DNA of 64,000 nucleotides from an uncultured Actinomycetota bacterium (GTDB lineage Bacteria; Actinomycetota; Actinomycetes; S36-B12; UBA10799): the NCBI GenBank assembly GCA_963732355.1, contig CAVSZD010000007.1, positions 658,983 through 722,982 on the forward strand, read 5' to 3'. A program made the position numbers and the translations under genes. Below the pieces are notes generated by a model. The model did not search any database. It was not told the origin of the DNA and saw only the letters and a program-made list of their open reading frames with translations. Positions 26,885-36,332 of this stretch are shown here, piece after piece (position 1 is the first letter of the stretch; each line of letters opens with the position of its first letter).

Positions 26885-27865
26885 TTAGGAGAGCCCCGCC
26901 GCCGACGTGGCGTCCGCGTACTCGCTCTTCAATTCCGCCAACTGCTCCTCGTTCAACGGGATGAACAATGCCGCCTCGGCGATCGCTGCGTCATTCTCCA
27001 CGAAGTACTGGAGGAAAGAGGCGAACGCCGGGTTCGAACCCAGTGCCTGGATCGACGGGTAGATGAACAGCGGGCGCCCCAGCGGCTTGTAGGTGCCGTC
27101 CTGGACCGTCTCCGGGCTGGGTGCTACACACCCGTCGCCGGCGTCGATCTGCACGGCGCGGACCTTGTCCTGGTTCTCTTCGTAGTAGGTGTACCCGAAG
27201 TAGCCCATGCCCCCGGTCGAACCAGAGACACCCGTCACGACCACGTTGTCGTCCTCGGAGGGGGTGTAGTCGGTGCGGCTGGCGCCTTCTTCACCCACGA
27301 TCACGTCGGTGAAGTAGTCGAACGTGCCCGAGTCGGTGCCAGGTCCGAAGAGCTTTATCTGCTCATCGGGGAATGCCGGGTCGACCTGGTTCCAGTTGTT
27401 GACCTGCGAGTCTGGCTCCCAGATCTTCTTGAGCTGCTCCACCGTCAGGCACTGCGCGAAGTCGTTCGAGGTGTTCACGACCACCGTCAGGGCGTCGTTG
27501 GCAACGACCATCTCCTGGAAGTCGACGCCTGCCTCCTTGCAGTTGGCCGCCTCGTCGTCCTCGATCGGCCGAGACGCGTCGTTCATGTCGGTCTCACCGC
27601 GGCAGAACTTCTCGAAGCCACCGCCAGTGCCCGAGGTTCCGACCGTGACGTTGATGTCGGGGTTGGTCTCCTTGAAGATCTCGGCCGCCGCCGAGGTCAG
27701 CGGCGCGACGGTGGAACTACCGTCCACGCGCACCGAACCGGATGTTCCCCCACCATCGGCAGCCGGCGACTCGGTTGAATCGTTGTTGCCTCCGCCACAG
27801 GCGGCCAGCGTCAGAGCGCCGGCGCACACAACGCCGGCGACCTTGATTGAACGGGCGAATTTCAC
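26885..27865 (-). CDS. pstS: phosphate ABC transporter substrate-binding lipoprotein
   Basis: Lipobox LTLAAC, VDGSSTVAPL and GTSGTGGGF PstS motifs. GTG start 27865, preceded by GGGAGGAAAAGG. Confidence 0.92.
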   Translation of the reverse strand: MKFARSIKVAGVVCAGALTLAACGGGNNDSTESPAADGGGTSGSVRVDGSSTVAPLTSAAAEIFKETNPDINVTVGTSGTGGGFEKFCRGETDMNDASRPIEDDEAANCKEAGVDFQEMVVANDALTVVVNTSNDFAQCLTVEQLKKIWEPDSQVNNWNQVDPAFPDEQIKLFGPGTDSGTFDYFTDVIVGEEGASRTDYTPSEDDNVVVTGVSGSTGGMGYFGYTYYEENQDKVRAVQIDAGDGCVAPSPETVQDGTYKPLGRPLFIYPSIQALGSNPAFASFLQYFVENDAAIAEAALFIPLNEEQLAELKSEYADATSAAGLS

Positions 27866-27944
27866 CCTTTTCCTCCCATTGTTCGGTCATTACTGACGGT
27901 CATGACGCTAGGGAGGTGGCGTGACGCTGGACTGAGCGCCGGAT

Positions 27945-27960
27945 GGATCACAGGTGAACA
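27945..27960 (-). promoter_or_regulatory. PHO-box-like sequence upstream of pstS (weak candidate)
   Basis: The minus strand reads GTTCACCTGTGATCC. GTTCACC resembles the Streptomyces PHO-box core, and CCTGTGA resembles the corynebacterial PhoR half-site. Single copy only. Confidence 0.25.
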
Positions 27961-28038
27961 GCGTCCGTCTGGTACGAGAAACATCCTGGGAGACATCCAC
28001 GGTTTCCCAACCGTCCGCCGTCCCGTGAGCAAAACGTG

Positions 28039-28052
28039 ATCGCACGTGCGAT
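28039..28052. promoter_or_regulatory. perfect 14-bp palindrome (operator candidate)
   Basis: ATCGCACGTGCGAT, about 175 nt upstream of the pstS start and directly abutting the repeat array. Confidence 0.3.
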
Positions 28053-28071
28053 TATTCGCTCCCGGCGAGGG

Positions 28072-28490
28072 CCACCATCACCCACCAGCCAAACCGGACC
28101 CCCGGCGGCTGGCGCACGGTTTGCCGCCACCCACGGGCCAAACCGCGCCCAGCGGCGAAGCAAAGCTGGAAACCGGCAAACCAATCGCCCGATCCCACCA
28201 TCACCCACCGGCCAAACCGGACCCCCGGCGGCCTGGCGCACGGTTTGCCGCCACCCACCGGCCAAACCGCGCCCAGCGGCGAAGCAAAGCTGGAAACCGG
28301 CAAACCAATCGCCCGATCCCACCATCACCCACCGGCCAAACCGGACCCCCGGCCTGGCGCACGGTTTGCCGCCACCCACCGGCCAAACCGGACCCCCGGC
28401 CTGGCGCACGGTTTGCCGCCACCCACCGGCCAAACCGGACCCCCGGCCTGGCGCACGGTTTGCCGCCACCCACCGGCCAACCGCGCCCAA
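28072..28490. repeat. compound tandem repeat array (~123-bp unit x2 then 47-bp sub-unit x~3.5)
   Basis: CCACCATCACCCACC starts at 28072, 28195 and 28319. CCAAACCGGACCCCCGGCCTGGCGCACGGTTTGCCGCCACCCACCGG recurs with a 47-bp period from about 28336. Each unit contains the imperfect inverted repeat CGGCCAAACCG / CGGTTTGCCG. Confidence 0.85.
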
Positions 28491-28491
28491 C

Positions 28492-29382
28492 TCAAACAGC
28501 TGGAACGTGCTCCACGACTGTGGCCTCATGCGAGCGGTGGAACACCACGGCGGCCCCCGGTGCCAAAGTGAAGTCCGCAACGTCACCAACCCCGAGGCGG
28601 TGCGATACGTGCTGGATCAAAACCGGCAGGATCGGGCGGTGGGTGCAGATGACCAGCCCCGTCGGCAGGTCGAGCAGGCTGTCGACCCGTTTGAGTGCGG
28701 CCGTCTGCGAGGCGACAAAACCCTCTTCACTGAGCAGGGTCTCGTGCTCAAGGGGTGCGTGCGTCTGATGGACGAACGGGCGGACCGTGTCCAGACAGCG
28801 CAGTGCATCTGAGGAGTGCACTTTGCGCACACCGAACGCCTCCAAAATGTAGGTGAGCCGGCTGGCCGCCACAATCCCTGCCGGCGACAAAGGCCTCTCC
28901 GCGTCGGCGACGCCCTTGTAGTCGGCGCGTCGCATCGCCTCCGTGTGCCGCAGAATGACCAGCGGCGAGGTGACCGGGGTGTTGAGGGCCTCCCGGACGA
29001 GGTCGCCGTCACGCGGATAACTGAGCATGGCGATCGCAGCTTCGGCACGCAGCCATCGAACCTCGTCGATCTCCTTGTTGGGCGCGAAGCCGGGGCCCCC
29101 CGGGCTCTCCCGCCCGACCCAGTACTCGACGGTCTTGGAGCGGGCCTCCACCTTGTAACGCTGCGTTGTCAAAGGCATCCCCAGCACGACGTCGCTGCCG
29201 GTCTCCTCGATCGTCTCGCGGCGCGCGGCCTCAACCGGGATCTCGTCATTGTCGAGCTTGCCTTTCGGCAAGGACCAGTCGTCCTGCCGGGGACGGTGCA
29301 GCACGCAGACCATCGGGCCGAGCGGACCGTCGCGCAGCAACACGACCCCGGCCGCCCGGATGGGCGTCGCCGCTTTGGCCAT
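28492..29382 (-). CDS. mutT1: NUDIX hydrolase fused to histidine-phosphatase (SixA-like) domain, MutT1-type
   Basis: Nudix box GKLDNDEIPVEAARRETIEETG, then the RHT histidine phosphatase motif (LVILRHTEA). Start overlaps the upstream stop (ATGA). Confidence 0.8.
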   Translation of the reverse strand: MAKAATPIRAAGVVLLRDGPLGPMVCVLHRPRQDDWSLPKGKLDNDEIPVEAARRETIEETGSDVVLGMPLTTQRYKVEARSKTVEYWVGRESPGGPGFAPNKEIDEVRWLRAEAAIAMLSYPRDGDLVREALNTPVTSPLVILRHTEAMRRADYKGVADAERPLSPAGIVAASRLTYILEAFGVRKVHSSDALRCLDTVRPFVHQTHAPLEHETLLSEEGFVASQTAALKRVDSLLDLPTGLVICTHRPILPVLIQHVSHRLGVGDVADFTLAPGAAVVFHRSHEATVVEHVPAV

Positions 29383-31112
29383 CAGCGCAGCCGGGCTTTC
29401 TTGTGCGCTCGCTTCACTTCGGGCCAGAGTTCCACGAAGTCGTTACGCGCGAACAGCTCCTGCTCGAACTCGAACTCGTGCAATAGACCCAGGCTGAAGC
29501 CGGAGAGCCCATCGACCGCTGAGTCCGCGGCGAGGGTCTTGAGTGTCTGCTGAGCGACCCACGCATCCTGGTGCTCACCGAGCACCTCGGTGACACCTGA
29601 CAACGCCTTGGCAAAACGTTTCACGTTCTCGCCCATCACTGGGGCGACGGCCTCCGCGGCGTATCTGGCCTTCTTCGCGCGGATCCGCGCCTCGTGCCAG
29701 GGGTGCGCCTCCCCGTCGAGCTCGAGCAGGGCGACCTCCTTGCTGAGCTTCTTCCACGCCTTGTCCACCAAAGCAGGCAGCACATCCTCGCCCGCCTCGT
29801 CGGCGGCGGCGTTCAGGCGCGGAGCCTGCGCCGCATCCACAAGCGCATCAAGGAAGTCCCGGTACCTCTGGGAGACCATCGCCTTCAGCGCGTGGTCGCG
29901 GGCGTTGTGCCATTGCTGCGAGAGTGCGGGGTCCACAACGGCCCTGATCAGCGAGGCGAAATCCTCCCCCACCTCGTCCGCATGGTGATCGATGCGCTCC
30001 TGCAGCACTTCGGTGTCCCGACTGACCCCGAGCTCGCCGGCGATCCAGCCGAGTTCCGTACGCAAGGCCTCAGCCCATTGCACGTCGAGCATCGGCTCGA
30101 AGGCCTTCAGACCGCTGCGTAGCCTCCTGGCCGCAACCCGCATCTGATGCACGCTGTCAGGCAGGTCGGCACGAACCCGGATGTCCTGGGTCAGGAACGC
30201 CCTGGCGTGGCGGCGGATGTGGGCAGTCACCGCTGCCCCGGCAGGGTCTTGCGGACCGACGATCTGCGGTTCGGGGACGTCCGGCGGCTCCTGGATCACC
30301 GGCCCCAGGACCGTCAATTCCTGCGGCGTCGACCCGGGGACCGCTCCGGCGGCGACCAGCACGTCGAGGACGACATCCAGGGATGCGTCCGGCGCGAGGG
30401 CTTGTACCTCCAGTTCCCGGAAGCGCGCGGCGATGCGGTCGCCGTCGAGTACGGAAACGGTGTCGTCCACGATTTGGGCGAACGCAATGCCGTCCGAGCC
30501 GGTCAGGACATGCGGGGTGCGTTCGACCCGCAATGCGGCCACCGGGACGACCTGCGCGTTGCGCGCGTAGGCGGTGATGAGGTTCGCGATGTCCTCCGGA
30601 ACCTCACCGGAACCGCCGGCGTCCAGGGGCAGACGAACATCGTCGCCGCCATCAGTACCGGAACCGGGCAGGTGCAGGTGCCAGCCCTGGTCATCCCCAC
30701 CCTCGATTCGCTGCAAGGTCGCACCCCAGCGAGCCAGCCGCAGGTCTGCGGTGTCGTGATAGACCGACAAAGTACTTCGCATCGCGGTTCGCTTGACCTT
30801 CGCCACCGCGGACAGATCCGGCAGCCGGAACAGGCCATGAACCCGCAGCCGACGTTCCGCGACGGGCACCGGCGGTTCATTCGGTGCAGCGGCAGGCACT
30901 GGCGGGCTCGACGGTTCAGGGTCCACCTGCGGCGGCTCCAGACCTGCCTCGGCATGGTCGATCGTCACGACATCCACAGGTGGGGACACCTCCACGGCGT
31001 TCTCGGGAGCGGGGTAGATCTCGTCGGCGGGGTCGTCGGGCAACTGGGCGGCCCGGGCATCCGGCGGGGTGGGATCCTCCCGGACACCCTGGTCCGGTTC
31101 CGTCATTGCCAT
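29382..31112 (-). CDS. CYTH and CHAD domain-containing protein
   Basis: Pro-rich N-terminus, then a CYTH tunnel region (LSVYHDTADLRLARWGATLQRIEGG..GWHLHLPG), then CHAD helices (HQMRVAARRLRSGLKAF, HEARIRAKKARYAAE). Start ATG 31112 overlaps the ppk1 stop. Confidence 0.85.
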   Translation of the reverse strand: MAMTEPDQGVREDPTPPDARAAQLPDDPADEIYPAPENAVEVSPPVDVVTIDHAEAGLEPPQVDPEPSSPPVPAAAPNEPPVPVAERRLRVHGLFRLPDLSAVAKVKRTAMRSTLSVYHDTADLRLARWGATLQRIEGGDDQGWHLHLPGSGTDGGDDVRLPLDAGGSGEVPEDIANLITAYARNAQVVPVAALRVERTPHVLTGSDGIAFAQIVDDTVSVLDGDRIAARFRELEVQALAPDASLDVVLDVLVAAGAVPGSTPQELTVLGPVIQEPPDVPEPQIVGPQDPAGAAVTAHIRRHARAFLTQDIRVRADLPDSVHQMRVAARRLRSGLKAFEPMLDVQWAEALRTELGWIAGELGVSRDTEVLQERIDHHADEVGEDFASLIRAVVDPALSQQWHNARDHALKAMVSQRYRDFLDALVDAAQAPRLNAAADEAGEDVLPALVDKAWKKLSKEVALLELDGEAHPWHEARIRAKKARYAAEAVAPVMGENVKRFAKALSGVTEVLGEHQDAWVAQQTLKTLAADSAVDGLSGFSLGLLHEFEFEQELFARNDFVELWPEVKRAHKKARLR

Positions 31113-33205
31113 CACCCTCCGCGCAGGTGTTTGCGGCGGATCATGTAAGCCTGGAAATCCTCCAGCCGACCATCGACCGCCTCGTTGTGAACCCATTCTC
31201 CGTCAGGACCAAGATCCCATGCCGACGTGCCATCGTCGAAGGCCTTATCCAGAATCTCCCCCACGTAGGCGATCTGTTCAGGTTCCTGTAACGACACCAG
31301 TGTCTCCACGCGTCGGTCGAGGTTGCGATGCATCAGATCCGCCGAGCCGATCCACACCTGGGGCTGCCCAGCATTGAGGAACTCGTACGCCCGTGAGTGC
31401 TCCAAGAATCGCCCGAGGATGCTGCGAACGCGCAGGTTCTCACTCATGCCGGGGACGTGCGGGCGGATGGCGCAGATTCCGCGCACCAGGACGTCGACCG
31501 GAACACCAGCGGCCGAGGCGCGATACAACGCGTCGATGACCTTCTCATCCACGATCGAGTTGCACTTGAACCGCACCCTCGCCGGCAATCCTTCCCGGTG
31601 ATTGGCGACCTCCTGCTCGATGCGTTCGAGCAGGCCCGAGCGGATCGAGTGGGGCGCGACCAGCAGCCGGTTGTACTCGGTATGCATCGAGTACCCGGAC
31701 AACTGGTTGAAGAGGTTGGCAACGTCCCGGCCGACCTGGTCGTCGACTGTGAGCAGCCCGAAGTCCTCATACAGCCGAGCGGTCTTCGGGTGGTAGTTGC
31801 CCGTCCCGAGGTGGCAGTAGCGGCGCAGGCGGTCGCCGTCGTCACGGACCACCATGGACAACTTGCAGTGGGTCTTCAGGCCCACCAGCCCGTAGACGAC
31901 ATGGACTCCGGCACGTTCCAGTTTGCGGGCCCACTTGATGTTGGCGCTCTCGTCGAAGCGGGCCTTGATCTCCACGAGGGCCAGCACCTGCTTGCCGGCC
32001 TCGGCGGCGTCGATGAGCGCATCGATGATCGGTGAGTCACCGCTGGTCCGGTACAAGGTCTGCTTGATGGCCAGGACCTTGGGGTCGGAGGCGGCCTGTT
32101 CCAGGAAGCGCTGAACGCTGGTGGAGAAGGAGTCGTACGGGTGGTGCAGCAGCACGTCGTGGCGTCGCATGGCCTCCAGTACGTTGGGGGCGCTTGCACT
32201 CTCCTTGTTCTCGGCCAGCAGGCGGTTGGTCTTGGGGACGAACACCGGGTCGGAGAGATCCTCCCGGTTCAGGCCGACGAAGGCCCACAGCCCGCGCAGG
32301 TCCAGCGGCCCTGGCAGCATGAAGACCTCGTTCTCGGCCATGCCCAGTTCCCGTACGAGGACGTCGAGGATGTGCGGCGCGATCGTCTGCTCCACCTCCA
32401 AGCGCACTGGCGGGCCGAAACGACGCTTGCTCAACTCCCGCTCCAGGGCCTTGAGCAGGTTCTCCGCGTCGTCCTCCTCGACCTCGAGGTCCTCGTTGCG
32501 CGTGACGCGGAACAGATGGTGCTCGATGATGTCCATGCCCGGGAACAACTGATCGAGGTGCTCGGCGATCACATCCTCGAGCGGGACGAAACGCGAGTCA
32601 CCGATCGTCAAGAAGCGGTCCAGCGACGGCGGAACCTTGACCCGCGCGAACAACTCAGTCCCCGTCGAAGGATTACCGACCACGACCGCGAGGTTCAGGG
32701 ACAACCCCGAGATGTAGGGGAACGGGTGGGCCGGGTCGACGGCAAGCGGAGTCAGGACCGGGTAGATCTTGTCCCGGAACAACCTCGACAATTGCTGGCG
32801 CTCGTCCTCGGACAACTCCGCCCAACGGACCAGGCTGATCCCCTCCGCCGCCAAAGCCGGTCGCACCTGATCCCCCCAGCAGGCGGCCTGGCGACGCATC
32901 AGGTCGTGCCCGTGCACCAAGACCGCGTCATGCACCTCCCGGGGAAGCAGCCCGCTGGCCGCCCGCAGAGCGATGCCGGCGGCGATCCGGCGCTTGAGGC
33001 CGGCAACGCGCACCATGAAGAATTCATCCAGGTTCGAGGCGAAGATCGCCAGGAATTTGGCCCGCTCGAGCAGGGGTAGTTCCTCATCCTCAGCCAGTTC
33101 CAGGACCCGCTGGTTGAAGGACAGCCAGCTCAGTTCCCGATCGATGAACCTGTGGTCGGGCAGATCGTCAACCACATCGGTGGCTTGCGAGGCGGCAGTG
33201 GTCAT
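31112..33205 (-). CDS. ppk1: polyphosphate kinase 1
   Basis: [22 protein letters not shown] at the N-terminus, HxK-type PLD motifs, 697 aa from ATG 33205. The 203-aa upstream ORF extension was rejected. Confidence 0.95.
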   Translation of the reverse strand: MTTAASQATDVVDDLPDHRFIDRELSWLSFNQRVLELAEDEELPLLERAKFLAIFASNLDEFFMVRVAGLKRRIAAGIALRAASGLLPREVHDAVLVHGHDLMRRQAACWGDQVRPALAAEGISLVRWAELSEDERQQLSRLFRDKIYPVLTPLAVDPAHPFPYISGLSLNLAVVVGNPSTGTELFARVKVPPSLDRFLTIGDSRFVPLEDVIAEHLDQLFPGMDIIEHHLFRVTRNEDLEVEEDDAENLLKALERELSKRRFGPPVRLEVEQTIAPHILDVLVRELGMAENEVFMLPGPLDLRGLWAFVGLNREDLSDPVFVPKTNRLLAENKESASAPNVLEAMRRHDVLLHHPYDSFSTSVQRFLEQAASDPKVLAIKQTLYRTSGDSPIIDALIDAAEAGKQVLALVEIKARFDESANIKWARKLERAGVHVVYGLVGLKTHCKLSMVVRDDGDRLRRYCHLGTGNYHPKTARLYEDFGLLTVDDQVGRDVANLFNQLSGYSMHTEYNRLLVAPHSIRSGLLERIEQEVANHREGLPARVRFKCNSIVDEKVIDALYRASAAGVPVDVLVRGICAIRPHVPGMSENLRVRSILGRFLEHSRAYEFLNAGQPQVWIGSADLMHRNLDRRVETLVSLQEPEQIAYVGEILDKAFDDGTSAWDLGPDGEWVHNEAVDGRLEDFQAYMIRRKHLRGG

Positions 33206-33243
33206 GACCCCAGCGTGCCAGAAAGGTCCGGATCGGTCGCGGC

Positions 33244-34134
33244 CTACGCCAGAGCGTATTGCACATCGCAATCTGCGCACTCGAAACCCAGCTGCTCGTA
33301 CATCCGGACTGCGGGGCTGTTGGCGGTGTCGACGTACAACATCACGGCCTCCAGACCCGAGTGGGCCAAGTAGCGCAGGCCGGCCGAAGTGAGCGCCCGC
33401 CCCAGGCCGGTGCCACGAGCCCGCGGGGCCACCCCGAGCACGTAGACCTCGCCGATCTGCCCGTGGGCGTGACCCGAGCCGCCGTGCACCTTCGTCCAGT
33501 GGAAACCCGCTAGTCCGTGGTCGTCGAACGCCAGAAGGAAACCCTCCGGATCGAACCAGGGCTGAGCCAATCGCTCCTGCAGATCGGTAAGCGTCCAGGA
33601 CCCCTGGTCCGGCAGGTCGACGAAGGCCTGGGCATTGAGTTCGAGCCACTGCGGGGCATCGGTGCTCGTGAAGGTCCTCAGCACGAATCCATCCGGCAAG
33701 CCGATCTCGGGGACGTCGCGCAGGGAACGGGTGTAGCGGCACAACCCCCGCACAGGCACGAAACCCGCGTGCTCGGCCAAAGCCCTTGCAGCCGGCAACT
33801 GCCCATGTGCCCACACCCGCACGCTGGGTCCTGCAACCGCAACAACCTGCTCGAGAATCCGTCTGCCGTGACCGGCGCCTCGTGCCGCAGGATCTACCAG
33901 GAATTCCGCCACGGGCGGTTGGCCGTCGGTGACACCGGCATACCCGATGATCTGGCCGGCGTCGTCGTGAAGCAGTCCCTGCCGCACACCGGGACCCCCA
34001 CCTGCCAGGACGTGCAGATACGTGTGTTCGCTCAATGACGACACACCGTCGGCATCGCTGACCCGGTCGAGCAGTGCATCGACATCCTTGATCTGCTCGG
34101 CGGACAGAGCCGCCGGCCAGTCCAGTGAACTCAC
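33244..34134 (-). CDS. mshD: mycothiol synthase (tandem GNAT)
   Basis: Two GNAT domains ([11 protein letters not shown] and [10 protein letters not shown] motifs). Position next to glnR matches mycobacteria. Confidence 0.85.
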   Translation of the reverse strand: MSSLDWPAALSAEQIKDVDALLDRVSDADGVSSLSEHTYLHVLAGGGPGVRQGLLHDDAGQIIGYAGVTDGQPPVAEFLVDPAARGAGHGRRILEQVVAVAGPSVRVWAHGQLPAARALAEHAGFVPVRGLCRYTRSLRDVPEIGLPDGFVLRTFTSTDAPQWLELNAQAFVDLPDQGSWTLTDLQERLAQPWFDPEGFLLAFDDHGLAGFHWTKVHGGSGHAHGQIGEVYVLGVAPRARGTGLGRALTSAGLRYLAHSGLEAVMLYVDTANSPAVRMYEQLGFECADCDVQYALA

Positions 34135-34829
34135 GTGGTCAGCTCGGTGTCACGCTCGGCGTTGGGAGGTACCAAGCGGTACCCCACATTGCGCACCGTC
34201 CCGATCAGCGCCTCGTATTCCGAACCCAGTTTGGCCCGCAACCGCCGCACGTGGACGTCGACGGTCCGGGTGCCGCCGAAGTAGTCATACCCCCACACCT
34301 CTTGCAGAAGCTGCTGACGGGTGAATACCCGGCCCGGATGTTGCGAGAGGTACTTGAGCAGTTCGAACTCCTTGTAGGTCAGGTCGAGCACTCGCCCACG
34401 CACCGTGGCGGTGTAACTGGACTCATTGATCAGCAACTCGCCGTGCTGAATCTCGGGCGACCCACCCGGCAGCCCCTCGTCGAGCCGGCCCAGGGCCAAG
34501 CGGATGCGCGCCTCGACCTCACCGGGTCCAGCCGTCTCCAGCACGACGTCGTCCACACCCCAGTCGGCGGTGACGGCCGCCAGTCCGCCCTCGCCGAGGA
34601 TCAGCAGGACGGGCACGTCGGATCCTGTAGCCGCCAACACCCGGCAAAGGCTGCGAATGGCGGGCAGTTCACGCCGGCCGTCCACGAAGATCAGGTCCGC
34701 GGCCGGAGCATCGATCAGAGCCGCAGCTTCAGCGGGCAGCACCCTTACTTGATGGGCCAGTAGTCCGAGGGCGGGCAGCACGTGATCGCTCGGCTCGACC
34801 GCATCGGTCATCAGCAGAACACTGCTCAC
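34131..34829 (-). CDS. glnR: orphan OmpR-family nitrogen regulator GlnR
   Basis: Collinear by eye with Streptomyces GlnR as I remember it ([24 protein letters not shown]...L.D.P.AD...VDGRR.LP..RSLC, then [51 protein letters not shown]). The receiver lacks the conserved T/S and K. Confidence 0.85.
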   Translation of the reverse strand: MSSVLLMTDAVEPSDHVLPALGLLAHQVRVLPAEAAALIDAPAADLIFVDGRRELPAIRSLCRVLAATGSDVPVLLILGEGGLAAVTADWGVDDVVLETAGPGEVEARIRLALGRLDEGLPGGSPEIQHGELLINESSYTATVRGRVLDLTYKEFELLKYLSQHPGRVFTRQQLLQEVWGYDYFGGTRTVDVHVRRLRAKLGSEYEALIGTVRNVGYRLVPPNAERDTELTT

Positions 34830-34923
34830 TGCGCCACCTCGTTCTGGACCCCTTCAGGGTATTGCAGGCTGGTTCGCGGGTGCTGCGGCGGCTTACGGTC
34901 GAGGGGACTGGTGGGCACTCGGC

Positions 34924-35331
34924 TCAGATCGTCTGGCCGAGCGCGGCGATCACGTCCGCCTTGCGTGGTTGACCCGATGCGCGGGTCACGACCCGGCCGT
35001 CTGCATCCAGAACCAGCACCGTGGGCGTGCGCGCGATGTCCAGTTCGCGCGCCAACTCGAGGTACTCGTCGACGTCGAGGTCCACATGCTTGACCCCGGG
35101 GACCATCCCGGCGACCTCGTTAAGGATGCGCCGGGTGGCCCGGCACGGCGCGCAGAAGGCGCTGGTGAACTGAACGAGAGTGGCTTTGTCCCCCAGCGAC
35201 GAACCGACTTGTGCAGCCGAAAGACGCACACGGCCATCGCGGGCACGCATGCGGCCGTCGACCCCGCGGCGCCAAAGGCCGAACGCGGCCAACCCCAGCA
35301 GTATGGCCACCAGAATCCACAGACCCGACAT
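34924..35331 (-). CDS. membrane-anchored thioredoxin-family protein
   Basis: An N-terminal TM helix, then a thioredoxin fold with a CAPC active site (FTSAFCAPCR). Start trimmed to ATG 35331. Confidence 0.75.
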   Translation of the reverse strand: MSGLWILVAILLGLAAFGLWRRGVDGRMRARDGRVRLSAAQVGSSLGDKATLVQFTSAFCAPCRATRRILNEVAGMVPGVKHVDLDVDEYLELARELDIARTPTVLVLDADGRVVTRASGQPRKADVIAALGQTI

Positions 35332-35467
35332 GTTGTGTTGAACGCCTCCCATACACCGGACATTCCCGTCGCTGCCACTACTCTGTACCGAGACCGACAT
35401 TTCGGAATACCTGAGGTGAGTTTCGGGTTTCAGAATAGACCAGACCTGCGACCAAGAAGGAATCATC

Positions 35468-35950
35468 GTGATCGACCCCCGCGGAACCCGATTTTCCGCT
35501 GCCATCACCAGCATCGTCCTGGCCGTTGTCATCGTGACCACCCCCAGCGCGGTTGCCGCGGTGCTGCTAAGCATCCAGACGCTGGTCTTCGCCTTCGGAG
35601 CCATCCTCGGGCCCGGGGCGCAACCCTACGGCTGGCTCTTCAAGAAGGTCGTCCGTCCCCGACTGTCGGCCCCCAAGCACATGGAGGACCGCCTGCCACC
35701 GCAGTTCGCACAGGCCGTGGGCCTCGGTTTCGCCCTTGCTGCCAGTGTCAGCATGCTGTTCGGCTGGACCATGGGGGTGTGGATCTTCGCCGGGTTCGCA
35801 CTGTTCGCCGCGGCTCTCAACGCCGTGTTCGGCTTCTGCCTCGGCTGCGAGATCTACGTGCGGATCCGTAGGTTCATCCCCGAGTCGGCGATGCCCCCCT
35901 CGGCCCGCACGCAAACCATCGATCTGACCGAGCAGTCCCAGACGGTCTGA
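35468..35950 (+). CDS. DUF4395 domain-containing membrane protein
   Basis: IDPRGTRFSAAITSIVL and the C-terminal FGFCLGCEIY motif, typical of DUF4395. GTG start with GAAGGA RBS. Confidence 0.8.
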   Translation: MIDPRGTRFSAAITSIVLAVVIVTTPSAVAAVLLSIQTLVFAFGAILGPGAQPYGWLFKKVVRPRLSAPKHMEDRLPPQFAQAVGLGFALAASVSMLFGWTMGVWIFAGFALFAAALNAVFGFCLGCEIYVRIRRFIPESAMPPSARTQTIDLTEQSQTV

Positions 35951-35951
35951 G

Positions 35952-36296
35952 ATGGACCGGCTGGTCGTGCAGTTGACGACGGACGAGCCGGAGAAGATCG
36001 CGGCGGCGCTGACGGTCAGTATGGCTGCGGTCGCCAGTGGGGCTGACGTGTCGCTCTGGCTGTCGGGCCCGGCCACCCTGTTGGCGGTTGCGGGACGTGG
36101 CCCGGCGTACGACCTCCAGTACGCTCCGGACCTCGGCGAGGGCCTGGATTCGGTCACCGCCCTGCGAGTGTGCAGCCAGTGCGCCGCCCGTCGTGGACTA
36201 CATGATGAGGATCTGCGCCCCGGGGCCCGAATCGGCGGGGCCATTGAGTTGGTCGAAGCGCTCTTGACCGACGGCACCGCCGCAGTGACCTACTGA
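35952..36296 (+). CDS. DsrE/DsrF-like sulfur-relay family protein
   Basis: 114 aa. The start lies 2 nt after the DUF4395 stop. The Rossmann-like LVVQLTTD..., conserved Cys region and C-terminal GG..ELVEAL resemble DsrE-family proteins. Confidence 0.7.
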   Translation: MDRLVVQLTTDEPEKIAAALTVSMAAVASGADVSLWLSGPATLLAVAGRGPAYDLQYAPDLGEGLDSVTALRVCSQCAARRGLHDEDLRPGARIGGAIELVEALLTDGTAAVTY

Positions 36297-36332
36297 AGCC
36301 CTGTTCACCGCAGCAGCGACTAGTCTGGTCAC

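Noticed and set aside
27948-28812. Several 200-260-aa ORFs (27948-28589 minus; 28036-28812 and 28046-28768 plus) across the pstS/mutT1 spacer.
   Set aside because: They are produced by the tandem repeat array. Several frames on both strands are open, and the translations are repetitive Pro/Arg/Gly strings.
33206-33814. 203-aa N-terminal extension of the ppk1 ORF.
   Set aside because: The extension overlaps mshD on the same strand in another frame and is Arg/Gly-rich. The canonical PPK1 N-terminus ([16 protein letters not shown]) begins shortly after ATG 33205.
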